This document shows, one piece after another, positions 7,761 through 14,894 of a stretch of 38,659 nucleotides of DNA. The stretch's first letter is position 1; each line of letters begins with the position of its first letter. The stretch comes from an uncultured archaeon (GTDB lineage: Archaea > Aenigmatarchaeota > Aenigmatarchaeia > CG10238-14 > SCSR01). Where the stretch lies: positions 1-38,659 of the forward strand of contig CAYRDB010000002.1 of NCBI GenBank assembly GCA_964423085.1. The letters are read 5' to 3'. A program made the translations under genes and the position numbers. The notes below the pieces were generated by a model, which did not search any database, was not told the DNA's origin, and worked only from the letters and a program-made list of their open reading frames with translations.

Positions 7761-8477
7761 CTATATGCTTATTTTTCCTTCGCCATCTATCTCTATCAGG
7801 TGAGCTACGTCCTTCGACTTTCTTATAGTAACCACGTCCCCGTCCTTTAGCGGTATCATAGTGGTGTTGTTGTCGGCGCACATGAGGGCTGGTCCCCTGT
7901 TGACTTTAACCTTGACCTCCGAACCTTCTGGAACTAGCTTGAACTTTATGTTTTTGTTCACATTGTTGAAAGCCAGACCTATGCCGCTCGAAAAGCTCCT
8001 ACCGGTTATGCTCTTGAAATATGCGGTGCTGCCGTAGGTGGTCGCTGTTATCAGGCCGTCGCCTATCAGGTCTTCCGCTATCTTATTTCCGTCCACATGG
8101 ACATCGAACCTCACCGCGCGTATGGGCACAGCGTGCGCAACGTTTATCTCATTCAATCCGACAAGCATCTTCCTCCTGTCGCCGTTCACCACACCTTCAA
8201 GCTTCGTGGCCTTTGATATTTTGTATTTTTTCTCGCTGAGCGCGAGAAGTATTGAAGAAAAATTGTGAAGGCCGCCGACACTGCATTTCTCGCAAGTCCT
8301 GCTGTGTTTTATCGCAAGCCTGGGTATTCCGGGGTAAAGCTGTTCAGCTATCAGAGCAGAGCCGTCACCACCATAAGATATCACAATGTCCGGCTTTAGC
8401 TTGTCCAGCGAAAACCCTCTTCGGGAAACCTCCCTTTCAAGGGCAGACTTTTCTATGCCTACAACAGCAACCTTCAT
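7761..8477 (-). CDS. nadK: NAD kinase
   Basis: GGDGS motif (VISYGGDGSALIA), NEI motif (GLNEINV) and TATTYGSTAYFKS. Length is 238 aa. Confidence 0.85.
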   Translation of the reverse strand: MKVAVVGIEKSALEREVSRRGFSLDKLKPDIVISYGGDGSALIAEQLYPGIPRLAIKHSRTCEKCSVGGLHNFSSILLALSEKKYKISKATKLEGVVNGDRRKMLVGLNEINVAHAVPIRAVRFDVHVDGNKIAEDLIGDGLITATTYGSTAYFKSITGRSFSSGIGLAFNNVNKNIKFKLVPEGSEVKVKVNRGPALMCADNNTTMIPLKDGDVVTIRKSKDVAHLIEIDGEGKISI

Positions 8478-8507
8478 GATTAGTAATTCTTGCCTATTAA
8501 CTTAACT

Positions 8508-9611
8508 TTAACTAGAATTGCCCTTAGAAACCCTTTCTTTAGCTATCTTCATTCCAGAGTCGCGCGGCAGCAGGCCTTCTGAATCCGACCGTTCTAGCAC
8601 GAGCCTGGTGTTCTTCCTTGTTCTGGACTCTACCTCTTTGAACATCACATCAGCGTCCCCGCCTATGTGTTCTATGTACGAAGATATCACACCGCCTGCG
8701 TTTGCAACAAAGTCCGGAACTACAAGCACGCCCTTTTCAAAGAGCATTCTCTCGATTTCTGGGGTGGTGGGTATGTTCGCAGCCTCCACGACAATCTTGG
8801 CTTTTATAGAATTCCAGTTATCTGCGGTTATGGAGTCTGAAAGCGCGGAAGGTACAAGCACATCCACAGGCAGGCTGAACAGTTCCTCGTTAGGAAGCAC
8901 CCTGCCTCCTGCGCAATTTTTCACAGCGCCGGTGCTGTCCTTCGCTTCCCTTAGCTTTTCATAGTCAAGGCCGCTCTCGTCGTATATCACACCTTTGCTG
9001 TCGCTCACTGCTACGACTTTCGCCCCGGCTTCCAAAAAGTATTTTGTGACAAAGCTGCCAACGTTCCCGAATCCTTCAACTGCAATCGTGACATCTTTCA
9101 TGTCCATTCCAGCATGCTCTATTGCAACAGCTCCAGAATGGAAGGCTCCGAACCCGGTAGATCCCAATTCGTGCGGAAGACCTCCCATATCAGTGGGCTT
9201 ACCAGTGCAAGACTCGAGACCGTTCTCGTTTGCAAAAATTCTCATTTCATTTTCTCCAACGTTCACGTCAGGCGCGGCTATCCACATGCTCGGAGAAAGC
9301 GATTTGACTGCCTTTGCATACGACCTGAATATCTTCTCCTTAATCGCGGCATCCGCACCCTTAGGAAGAAGGATTGCACCCTTTGCGCCGCCGAAAGGAA
9401 GTTCCGCGAGCGCGCACTTCCATGTCATGGTCCTAGCAAGTCGGAAATCCTCCGAAAGGGTGACATAAGGGGTCATCCTTATCCCTCCCTTGCCCGGTCC
9501 CAAAGAAAGATTGTCTAGAACAACGAATCCGTTCATTCCGACCTTTGGGTCGTACACGTTTACCACATACTGCGGTCCCCACTCGTCGTGAACTATGCTG
9601 TTCGCGTCCAT
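8508..9611 (-). CDS. Glu/Leu/Phe/Val dehydrogenase family enzyme (glutamate dehydrogenase-like)
   Basis: Motifs GPGKGGIRM, LPFGGAKGAI, and Rossmann VAVEGFGNVGSF. I start it at Met57 of the track ORF (MDANSIVHDEW). The upstream 56 codons overlap the trxB 3' end and look spurious. Confidence 0.85.
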   Translation of the reverse strand: MDANSIVHDEWGPQYVVNVYDPKVGMNGFVVLDNLSLGPGKGGIRMTPYVTLSEDFRLARTMTWKCALAELPFGGAKGAILLPKGADAAIKEKIFRSYAKAVKSLSPSMWIAAPDVNVGENEMRIFANENGLESCTGKPTDMGGLPHELGSTGFGAFHSGAVAIEHAGMDMKDVTIAVEGFGNVGSFVTKYFLEAGAKVVAVSDSKGVIYDESGLDYEKLREAKDSTGAVKNCAGGRVLPNEELFSLPVDVLVPSALSDSITADNWNSIKAKIVVEAANIPTTPEIERMLFEKGVLVVPDFVANAGGVISSYIEHIGGDADVMFKEVESRTRKNTRLVLERSDSEGLLPRDSGMKIAKERVSKGNSS

Positions 9612-9622
9612 AAATATCACAT

Positions 9623-10843
9623 TCACTTGTGCCCTGCCCAATCGGCCACGTATTTGTTTTCCAAACCGTGTATGTAGTTGTATGCTGCAAGCGCCGCCTT
9701 GCATCCTTCTCCGGCTGCGACAACTATCTGCTTGAATGGGGTGTCGGTCACATCGCCTGCCGCGAATATGCCCTGGCATGAAGTCTCGGAGTGCTTGTTG
9801 GTCTTTATCTGGCCGAGATCGTCTACGTCAACATTTCCTCCGACAAATCCGGTGTCAACATCCGAGCCTATCTCGACAAAAACGCCATCCACCTTTATTT
9901 CTTTTTCAGAGCAGGAATCGTCAGACACTATGATTGAATTCACAAAATTGTCCCCGCGTATCTCGCTTAATTTGGATTCCATTACAAGCTCTATGTTGCT
10001 TTTCGTCTTCGCTTCGTTTACCACATTCTCGAAAGCCCTGAACTCTGACCTCCTGTGTATGAGGTACACCTTTCTTGCAATCTTTGAAAGAAGCAGCGCA
10101 GCATCCAGAGCGGAATTGCCTCCTCCTACCACAGCGACGGTCTTTCCCTTGAACAATGGCGCATCGCATGTGGCGCAGTAGCTTACCCCCTTACCGCTGA
10201 ACTCGTCCTCCCCCGGCACGCCGAGGTTCCTAGGGGTCTTTCCGCTGGCTATTATAACAGTTTTGGAGTTGTATTCATGGTCGCATGTCGAGACCGTGAA
10301 TATTTTCTGGCCCCGGGTTTCGCTCTGAGAGATTTTTACAACGTTCTTCATTATTATTTCAGCGCCGAATCCCCTGGCTTGAGACTCGAATCTTTTCGCA
10401 AGGTCTGTGCCATCCACCTTCTCAAGGCCGGAATAGTTCTCTATCTCTGTTGTCCTGGCCATCTGGCCGCCTATGTCCTTTGTAATCACAAGCGTCTTCA
10501 TCTCTCTGCGTGAAGAATAGAGGGCGGCAGTGAGGCCTGCTGCAGATCCGCCTACTATGATAACATCGTAAAGAACGCCACTGGAATTGTTTGATTCAAC
10601 GGGATTATCTTGAGCTTTGTCCAGAAGCTTGTCCATCATAGGAACGTCGAATCCCACTATTATTTTTCCGTCTATGTCTATGACAGGAACTCCCATCTGG
10701 CCCGATTTCTCAATCATCTCCTGAGCAGCAAAGCTGTCATTCGAGACGTTTATGTCCTCGAACTCAAACCCCTTTGACCTTATGTAGTCCTTTGCCATAT
10801 GGCAATACGGACAGGCATCGGTTGAATAGACTTTGATTTTCAT
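9623..10843 (-). CDS. trxB: glutaredoxin-like domain fused to low-Mr thioredoxin reductase
   Basis: N-terminal Grx fold with CPYC (KVYSTDACPYCHMAKDY...GVPVIDIDGKIIVGFD). This is followed by FAD GxGxxG (IIVGGSAAGLTAAL), redox CATC (SYCATCDAPLF), NADPH GGGNSALD and HRRSEFRA (the HRRxxxR NADPH motif). Confidence 0.85.
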   Translation of the reverse strand: MKIKVYSTDACPYCHMAKDYIRSKGFEFEDINVSNDSFAAQEMIEKSGQMGVPVIDIDGKIIVGFDVPMMDKLLDKAQDNPVESNNSSGVLYDVIIVGGSAAGLTAALYSSRREMKTLVITKDIGGQMARTTEIENYSGLEKVDGTDLAKRFESQARGFGAEIIMKNVVKISQSETRGQKIFTVSTCDHEYNSKTVIIASGKTPRNLGVPGEDEFSGKGVSYCATCDAPLFKGKTVAVVGGGNSALDAALLLSKIARKVYLIHRRSEFRAFENVVNEAKTKSNIELVMESKLSEIRGDNFVNSIIVSDDSCSEKEIKVDGVFVEIGSDVDTGFVGGNVDVDDLGQIKTNKHSETSCQGIFAAGDVTDTPFKQIVVAAGEGCKAALAAYNYIHGLENKYVADWAGHK

Positions 10844-10898
10844 AAAACCAACGAAAGCTGAAGTTATAACAGATTATTGGAGGTTTTAGTATTTGTAT

Positions 10899-11270
10899 CT
10901 ATGCGAGCGGGCACCCGGAAATTTCGGACAACTTGGAAAGCTGCTGCATTCCCACAACAGTCTCGTCGCCTATCTTCCAGGTCGGTATGGACCTTATGTT
11001 TTCAGCAACGCATACAGAATTCATGCCAGAGCAGTCCACATATTCTATGTATTTGAAAGAATCTCCGAAAAGCTCCATCTGCTGCTTACACCAGCCACAC
11101 TGGCTTGAGCCATACATAACAACACCCTTTTCACTTAGACATTGGGCAAAATCGTCATATCCGCCAACAGCCGAGTGCTGACCTGTTATCTGAGGAACTA
11201 AAAAGTACATAGTTGCCACTGCTACCACTACAGCAGTTATTGCGACAATAATTTTGGTTCTTGAAATCAT
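10899..11270 (-). CDS. membrane-anchored extracytoplasmic thioredoxin-like protein (CGWC), VKOR-partner type
   Basis: N-terminal TM helix. The segment FAQCLSEKGVVMYGSSQCGWCKQQMELFGDSFKYIEYVDC...SIPTWKIGDETVVGMQQLSKLSEISGC resembles the Trx-like domain fused to bacterial VKOR homologues (MYGAxWCPHCxxQKxLFG...YVEC...YPTW). Confidence 0.7.
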   Translation of the reverse strand: MISRTKIIVAITAVVVAVATMYFLVPQITGQHSAVGGYDDFAQCLSEKGVVMYGSSQCGWCKQQMELFGDSFKYIEYVDCSGMNSVCVAENIRSIPTWKIGDETVVGMQQLSKLSEISGCPLA

Positions 11271-11316
11271 TTGACCACTTTTTTGAATGCCTGTTTGAAG
11301 TATTTATGGCTTTCTA

Positions 11317-11676
11317 TCATTCGCATGCAAGCGACCCTTGTGTGATTACGCAACTTCCGGTCAACGGATCGCAAGTCCCGAAAACGGCAAGGTTGTACAG
11401 ACTGTAAAACGAGTAAATCATGCTAGCAAAGAAAACTATCGTGAATATCCAGGACAGTACATCAAATCTCCTATAAACAAACCTGGCCAGCGTCGGATTC
11501 TTCTTCATTAGCTTTGACACTATGCCTGACTTTATCCTCTGGTCCAGTTTTGTGTCGCACGTCCTGAAGCTCATCTTCAGGAACACGCACCGGAAAGCCT
11601 CTTTTGCAGTAGACCTGTATTTGGCAGAGAAAACGCTAAGCATTCCAAACACTACAAGCGCTATTAGACATATCAT
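11317..11676 (-). CDS. 2-TM membrane protein with cysteine pairs on both faces, unknown family
   Basis: TM1 spans aa 2-17 and TM2 aa 73-100. The loop between them is strongly basic (about 15 K/R), so predicted cytoplasmic, and carries C30/C40. The external tail is TCDPLTGSCVITQGSLACE. There is no CxxC. Confidence 0.5.
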   Translation of the reverse strand: MICLIALVVFGMLSVFSAKYRSTAKEAFRCVFLKMSFRTCDTKLDQRIKSGIVSKLMKKNPTLARFVYRRFDVLSWIFTIVFFASMIYSFYSLYNLAVFGTCDPLTGSCVITQGSLACE

Positions 11677-11687
11677 GTAATCGCCGA

Positions 11688-12743
11688 TTAGCAGCTTCCG
11701 TTGCTAGTAGAGCCACCGCTGTAGCTCTCTGAAAACGAAACCGAAGCCTGTTCTTTGCTCAGCTCTTGAGAGCACACAGACGGTTCAGCAGAGAATCCGC
11801 AACAAAGAAGCGTCTTTAGTGCGTCCGCTGTCCTTCCACCGAAATCGTACTCGCTCACAATCTGCCCGTTCATGACTAGAGTTGGAGATCCAGATACCAT
11901 ATATTGGTCCTGTATTTCAAAGTCTTCCTCTGCGTAGGCTATTCCCCTCTCGCTGTCAGACATGCAAGCGTCCAAAGAGTCTGTGTCTATTTCAGCCTCT
12001 GCAAGGCACTCTTCCGAATTACCCGCTTTCATGAAGCATGAAACATAATCCCAGTATTTGTCAGACTGCTCCTCTCTTATGCATATCTGCCTGAGATTCT
12101 CTTCTGCTTCTCTTTCTCCGTGCATGGCTGTTATTTCGCCGTTTACAACATCTCCTATGTACCTTACTTTTATGTTCTCAGCCAGTTCCGGAATATTCTT
12201 CACAACTTCGTAAAGTATCCTCTGCATCTGAACACCGTACGGGCATTCTGATACTACAAAAGCGTTTATAACAGGGTCCTGAGCCTTTGGAACATCGTCG
12301 CAAGTCATAGCAGGCTGCGTTGTGGTAGTAGTAGAAGAAACCTTGTTAGAGGTGTATATCACTTGTGGCAGAAACATTTCGCCATCTCTTGTGACATATA
12401 GCGTCTGATTGTCGGAAATCCCTTCTCCAAACACGGATATTTCGAATTCGATTATTCCGCTGTCTGTCAACTCATATCCAAGCAGTTGGATGTCCATTTC
12501 GCCGTAGTATGTCTCATAATAGTCTGTTATCCATGCTACGACCTTGTTGACAGCGGCGGCATCAGAATCTTGACCAACAAGAAACAAATTGCCTGAAATG
12601 CCGAACAAATTAGGTTGTAAGAAAAGAGCCACTACAATTGCCACAGCCACAAAGGTAGAAATCATCCACGGGTTTATTTTTGGAACCCTTATCGTTATAG
12701 TCCTTGGCTTCTCTGCCTCCGAGTTTTGATTGCTTTCTGCCAT
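11688..12743 (-). CDS. membrane-anchored extracytoplasmic DsbA-like thioredoxin-fold protein with CPYG in place of CxxC
   Basis: N-terminal TM anchor, a small alpha/beta domain and a Thr-rich linker. The Trx fold follows: FVVSECPYGVQMQ ... helical insert ... VSGSPTLVMNGQIV (DsbA-like cis-Pro loop). The tail is Cys-rich. Confidence 0.55.
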   Translation of the reverse strand: MAESNQNSEAEKPRTITIRVPKINPWMISTFVAVAIVVALFLQPNLFGISGNLFLVGQDSDAAAVNKVVAWITDYYETYYGEMDIQLLGYELTDSGIIEFEISVFGEGISDNQTLYVTRDGEMFLPQVIYTSNKVSSTTTTTQPAMTCDDVPKAQDPVINAFVVSECPYGVQMQRILYEVVKNIPELAENIKVRYIGDVVNGEITAMHGEREAEENLRQICIREEQSDKYWDYVSCFMKAGNSEECLAEAEIDTDSLDACMSDSERGIAYAEEDFEIQDQYMVSGSPTLVMNGQIVSEYDFGGRTADALKTLLCCGFSAEPSVCSQELSKEQASVSFSESYSGGSTSNGSC

Positions 12744-12804
12744 GGCAATAAACCAAATACAAAATATATTTACTTAATCTTATCGGAAGACCCAGATTTA
12801 AATC

Positions 12805-14025
12805 TTATGTAAGCCTCGATATCTCCCGAACTTTGTCAACGAACAGCCTAGCCTCTTCTTCGGTGTTGTACAAGTACACAGAAGCGCGCACAGAACCCTT
12901 TATGCCGTGCGAATTGAACCACGAATGTACGCAATGGGCACCTGAACGCACCATTATGTTCGCAGTGTCATCGAGCATAAGCGCCACATCGTGAGGAAAC
13001 ATGCCTTTTATGTTGAAGGAAACTATTCCCCCGCGCATTTTAGGCTCCTGCGGGCCAACTATCGAGACCCCGTTTATTCCCAACAGCTCTTCGGTGATGA
13101 TTTCATTTAGCCTGGATTCGTGCTTGCCTATGTTTTCAAGTCCCACGCCTTCGATATATTCTGCGGCAGCTGCCATTCCAATCGATCCAGCATAGTTCTG
13201 AAGCCCCGCTTCGAACCTCTGCGGAGGCGGAAGAAGCACATAATCGTCGTATGTCGAGTCCTTGACAGTCTCTCCTCCCATTGCGTAAGGCTGCATCTTT
13301 TCCAGGATTTCCTGCTTCGCGTAAAGCGCCCCAGTGCCGCTTGGTCCGAGCATCTTGTGTCCTGAAAACGCAAGGAAATCTACATCAAGCTTCCTGACAT
13401 CCACTTTTTTGTGCGGCACGCTCTGCGCACCGTCCACAAGGACCATGGCACCGGCATCGTGAGATATCTTTGCTATTTCTTTAACAGGTAGAGTGTATCC
13501 GTCGAAATTGGACGTGTGCACCACAGAAACGAGCTTTAGGCTTCCTTTCAAAGACTTTACCTTCCTTTCGAACTCTCCGACATCGAAAGTCATGTCTTCC
13601 GCAGAGAAAACCATTTCGTGCTTCAGTCCCGCAACCTTTACCAGCCTAATCCAGGGAAGCAGATTGGAGTTGTGTTCGCGGTCGGAAGTAAGAACAACAT
13701 CGCCCGATTTCAATCCTATTGAATTGGCGACCATGTTTATCCCTTCGGTTGTGTTCTTTGTGAAAATTATCTCGCTCTCGCGCTTGGCGTTCACGAACTT
13801 TGCAATCCTCTTTCTGGCGTCATGATATTTCTCTGTGACAATGTCGCCGAGCTTGTGGGAGCTCCTGCCTGCGCACGCGGGATAGCTGTAGTAATACTCG
13901 TTCATAGCATCCACAACCTGCTTCGGCTTTAGGGACATGCACGAGTTGTCGAAATATACTATCGGTTTGTTGTTGAACTTTCTCTCGAGGACCGGAAAGT
14001 CCTTCCTTATTTTTTTCACATCCAT
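12805..14025 (-). CDS. sufS: cysteine desulfurase, group II (SufS/CsdA-like) PLP enzyme
   Basis: PLP lysine context FSGHKMLGPSGTGALY. The catalytic loop VRSGAHCVHSW is the group II RxGHHC type. Length is 406 aa. Confidence 0.88.
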   Translation of the reverse strand: MDVKKIRKDFPVLERKFNNKPIVYFDNSCMSLKPKQVVDAMNEYYYSYPACAGRSSHKLGDIVTEKYHDARKRIAKFVNAKRESEIIFTKNTTEGINMVANSIGLKSGDVVLTSDREHNSNLLPWIRLVKVAGLKHEMVFSAEDMTFDVGEFERKVKSLKGSLKLVSVVHTSNFDGYTLPVKEIAKISHDAGAMVLVDGAQSVPHKKVDVRKLDVDFLAFSGHKMLGPSGTGALYAKQEILEKMQPYAMGGETVKDSTYDDYVLLPPPQRFEAGLQNYAGSIGMAAAAEYIEGVGLENIGKHESRLNEIITEELLGINGVSIVGPQEPKMRGGIVSFNIKGMFPHDVALMLDDTANIMVRSGAHCVHSWFNSHGIKGSVRASVYLYNTEEEARLFVDKVREISRLT

Positions 14026-14034
14026 GTAATCACT

Positions 14035-14061
14035 TATTCTATAACAGCGTTATAAATTAAA
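14035..14061 (-). promoter_or_regulatory. TATA-like box plus palindromic operator candidate upstream of the cysteine desulfurase
   Basis: Positions 14040-14055 read TATAACAGCGTTATAA, 14 nt from the ATG at 14025. The block is 25/27 identical to 1270-1296. Confidence 0.5.
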
Positions 14062-14082
14062 CCTTTCGCAAAACGACATAAA

Positions 14083-14090
14083 CTTATAAG
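14083..14090 (+). promoter_or_regulatory. TATA-like box for the RNase P RNA gene
   Basis: CTTATAAG lies about 25 nt upstream of the inferred P1 5' end at about 14113. Confidence 0.35.
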
Positions 14091-14112
14091 CTGGCTTGGA
14101 GAATAAATCTTT

Positions 14113-14389
14113 GGCGAGCCGGCCAGGTAGCTTCGGGTTGCTCTCAAAGGCAACCTGAGGAAGTTCCATCCATCAAAGGAGCCGTGAAAGCCGAAAGGCA
14201 GAGTAGCGGCACGCTGAGAAGCATCCGGCTGTATCAGAAACGGCACTTTGCTGCCCCGTTAACAATGAGGGAAACCTAGTTGGGGTAGTGTAAGATGAAA
14301 CGGACAGCAGGTCCTGATGCGATGCAAGCTTAGGCGCTAAGACAAATGCTACCCAACACAGAAGATGGGCTATGGCTGGCACGCCGCCA
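14113..14389 (+). ncRNA. rnpB: RNase P RNA (archaeal type A-like, compact, about 277 nt)
   Basis: CR-I-like GAGGAAGUUCCAUCC at 14155-14169. Also present are GUGAAAGCCGAAAGGC, CAGAAACGG, GGUAGUGUAAGAUGAAACGG and a CR-IV/V-like ACACAGAAGAUGGGCUAU. The 5' GGCGAGCCGGCC can pair with the 3' GGCUGGCACGCC (P1). A T5 run follows at 14390-14394. Ends are approximate. Confidence 0.8.
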
Positions 14390-14430
14390 TTTTTATAAGA
14401 TTTAAGACGTTTTCTGAGTAAATCTAATTC

Positions 14431-14676
14431 ATGGAAGCAGATGATTGCGTCCATGTGCTGAAAAACTACGACGAGAAGACAATAAGCCTTTACATAGAGA
14501 GTTCTGAATACAAACCTTCGGATATGGACGCTATTTTGAAGAAAGCCGATTGTGTACTGAAACTAGAGATTGAAAATGAAAAGTTTGAGCTACTTACGCA
14601 AAGGGTCTACCTGTTCGGAGAATTCGGAATTGTGCCAATACTGAACTATACGAAAAACATAACGTCAAAGAACTAA
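14431..14676 (+). CDS. hypothetical protein
   Basis: 81-aa ATG ORF with no recognisable motif. Confidence 0.35.
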   Translation: MEADDCVHVLKNYDEKTISLYIESSEYKPSDMDAILKKADCVLKLEIENEKFELLTQRVYLFGEFGIVPILNYTKNITSKN

Positions 14677-14707
14677 GATTATTAAATGCCGAGATACAAG
14701 TGATATT

Positions 14708-14860
14708 ATGGCAGACAAAGTTTACATGCCGAGCGGATCTGGCGGACTCATAAGGTACGGCGAGGAGGGTCAGGTCCTGATAAAGCTAAAGCCGGAAAAG
14801 GTAGTCTATCTTGTTGCCGGTATTGTCATAGCAGAGATAGCGCTAAGCATGCTTCTATGA
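14708..14860 (+). CDS. secG: preprotein translocase subunit Sec61-beta homologue (50 aa, below the ORF-track cutoff)
   Basis: My translation is MADKVYMPSGSGGLIRYGEEGQVLIKLKPEKVVYLVAGIVIAEIALSMLL. It has the GLIRY..E.....KP E.V signature followed by a C-terminal TM helix, as in archaeal Sec61-beta. Confidence 0.75.
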   Translation: MADKVYMPSGSGGLIRYGEEGQVLIKLKPEKVVYLVAGIVIAEIALSMLL

Positions 14861-14894
14861 AAAGCTTATTTCTCATTGCCGCGTACTAATACTG

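Noticed and set aside
9612-9779. 56-codon N-terminal extension of the GDH-family ORF (track ORF 8508-9779).
   Set aside because: It overlaps the 3' end of trxB and is Arg/Cys-rich nonsense. A Met at 9611 gives a normal GDH N-terminus 11 nt after the trxB stop.
10862-10880. TATAACAG-containing sequence (GTTATAACAGATTAT) 22 nt upstream of the trxB start.
   Set aside because: Only the TATAACAG half is shared. The local palindrome is the 8-mer GTTATAAC, which is probably just the TATA box, and the spacing differs from the iscU/sufS dyad.
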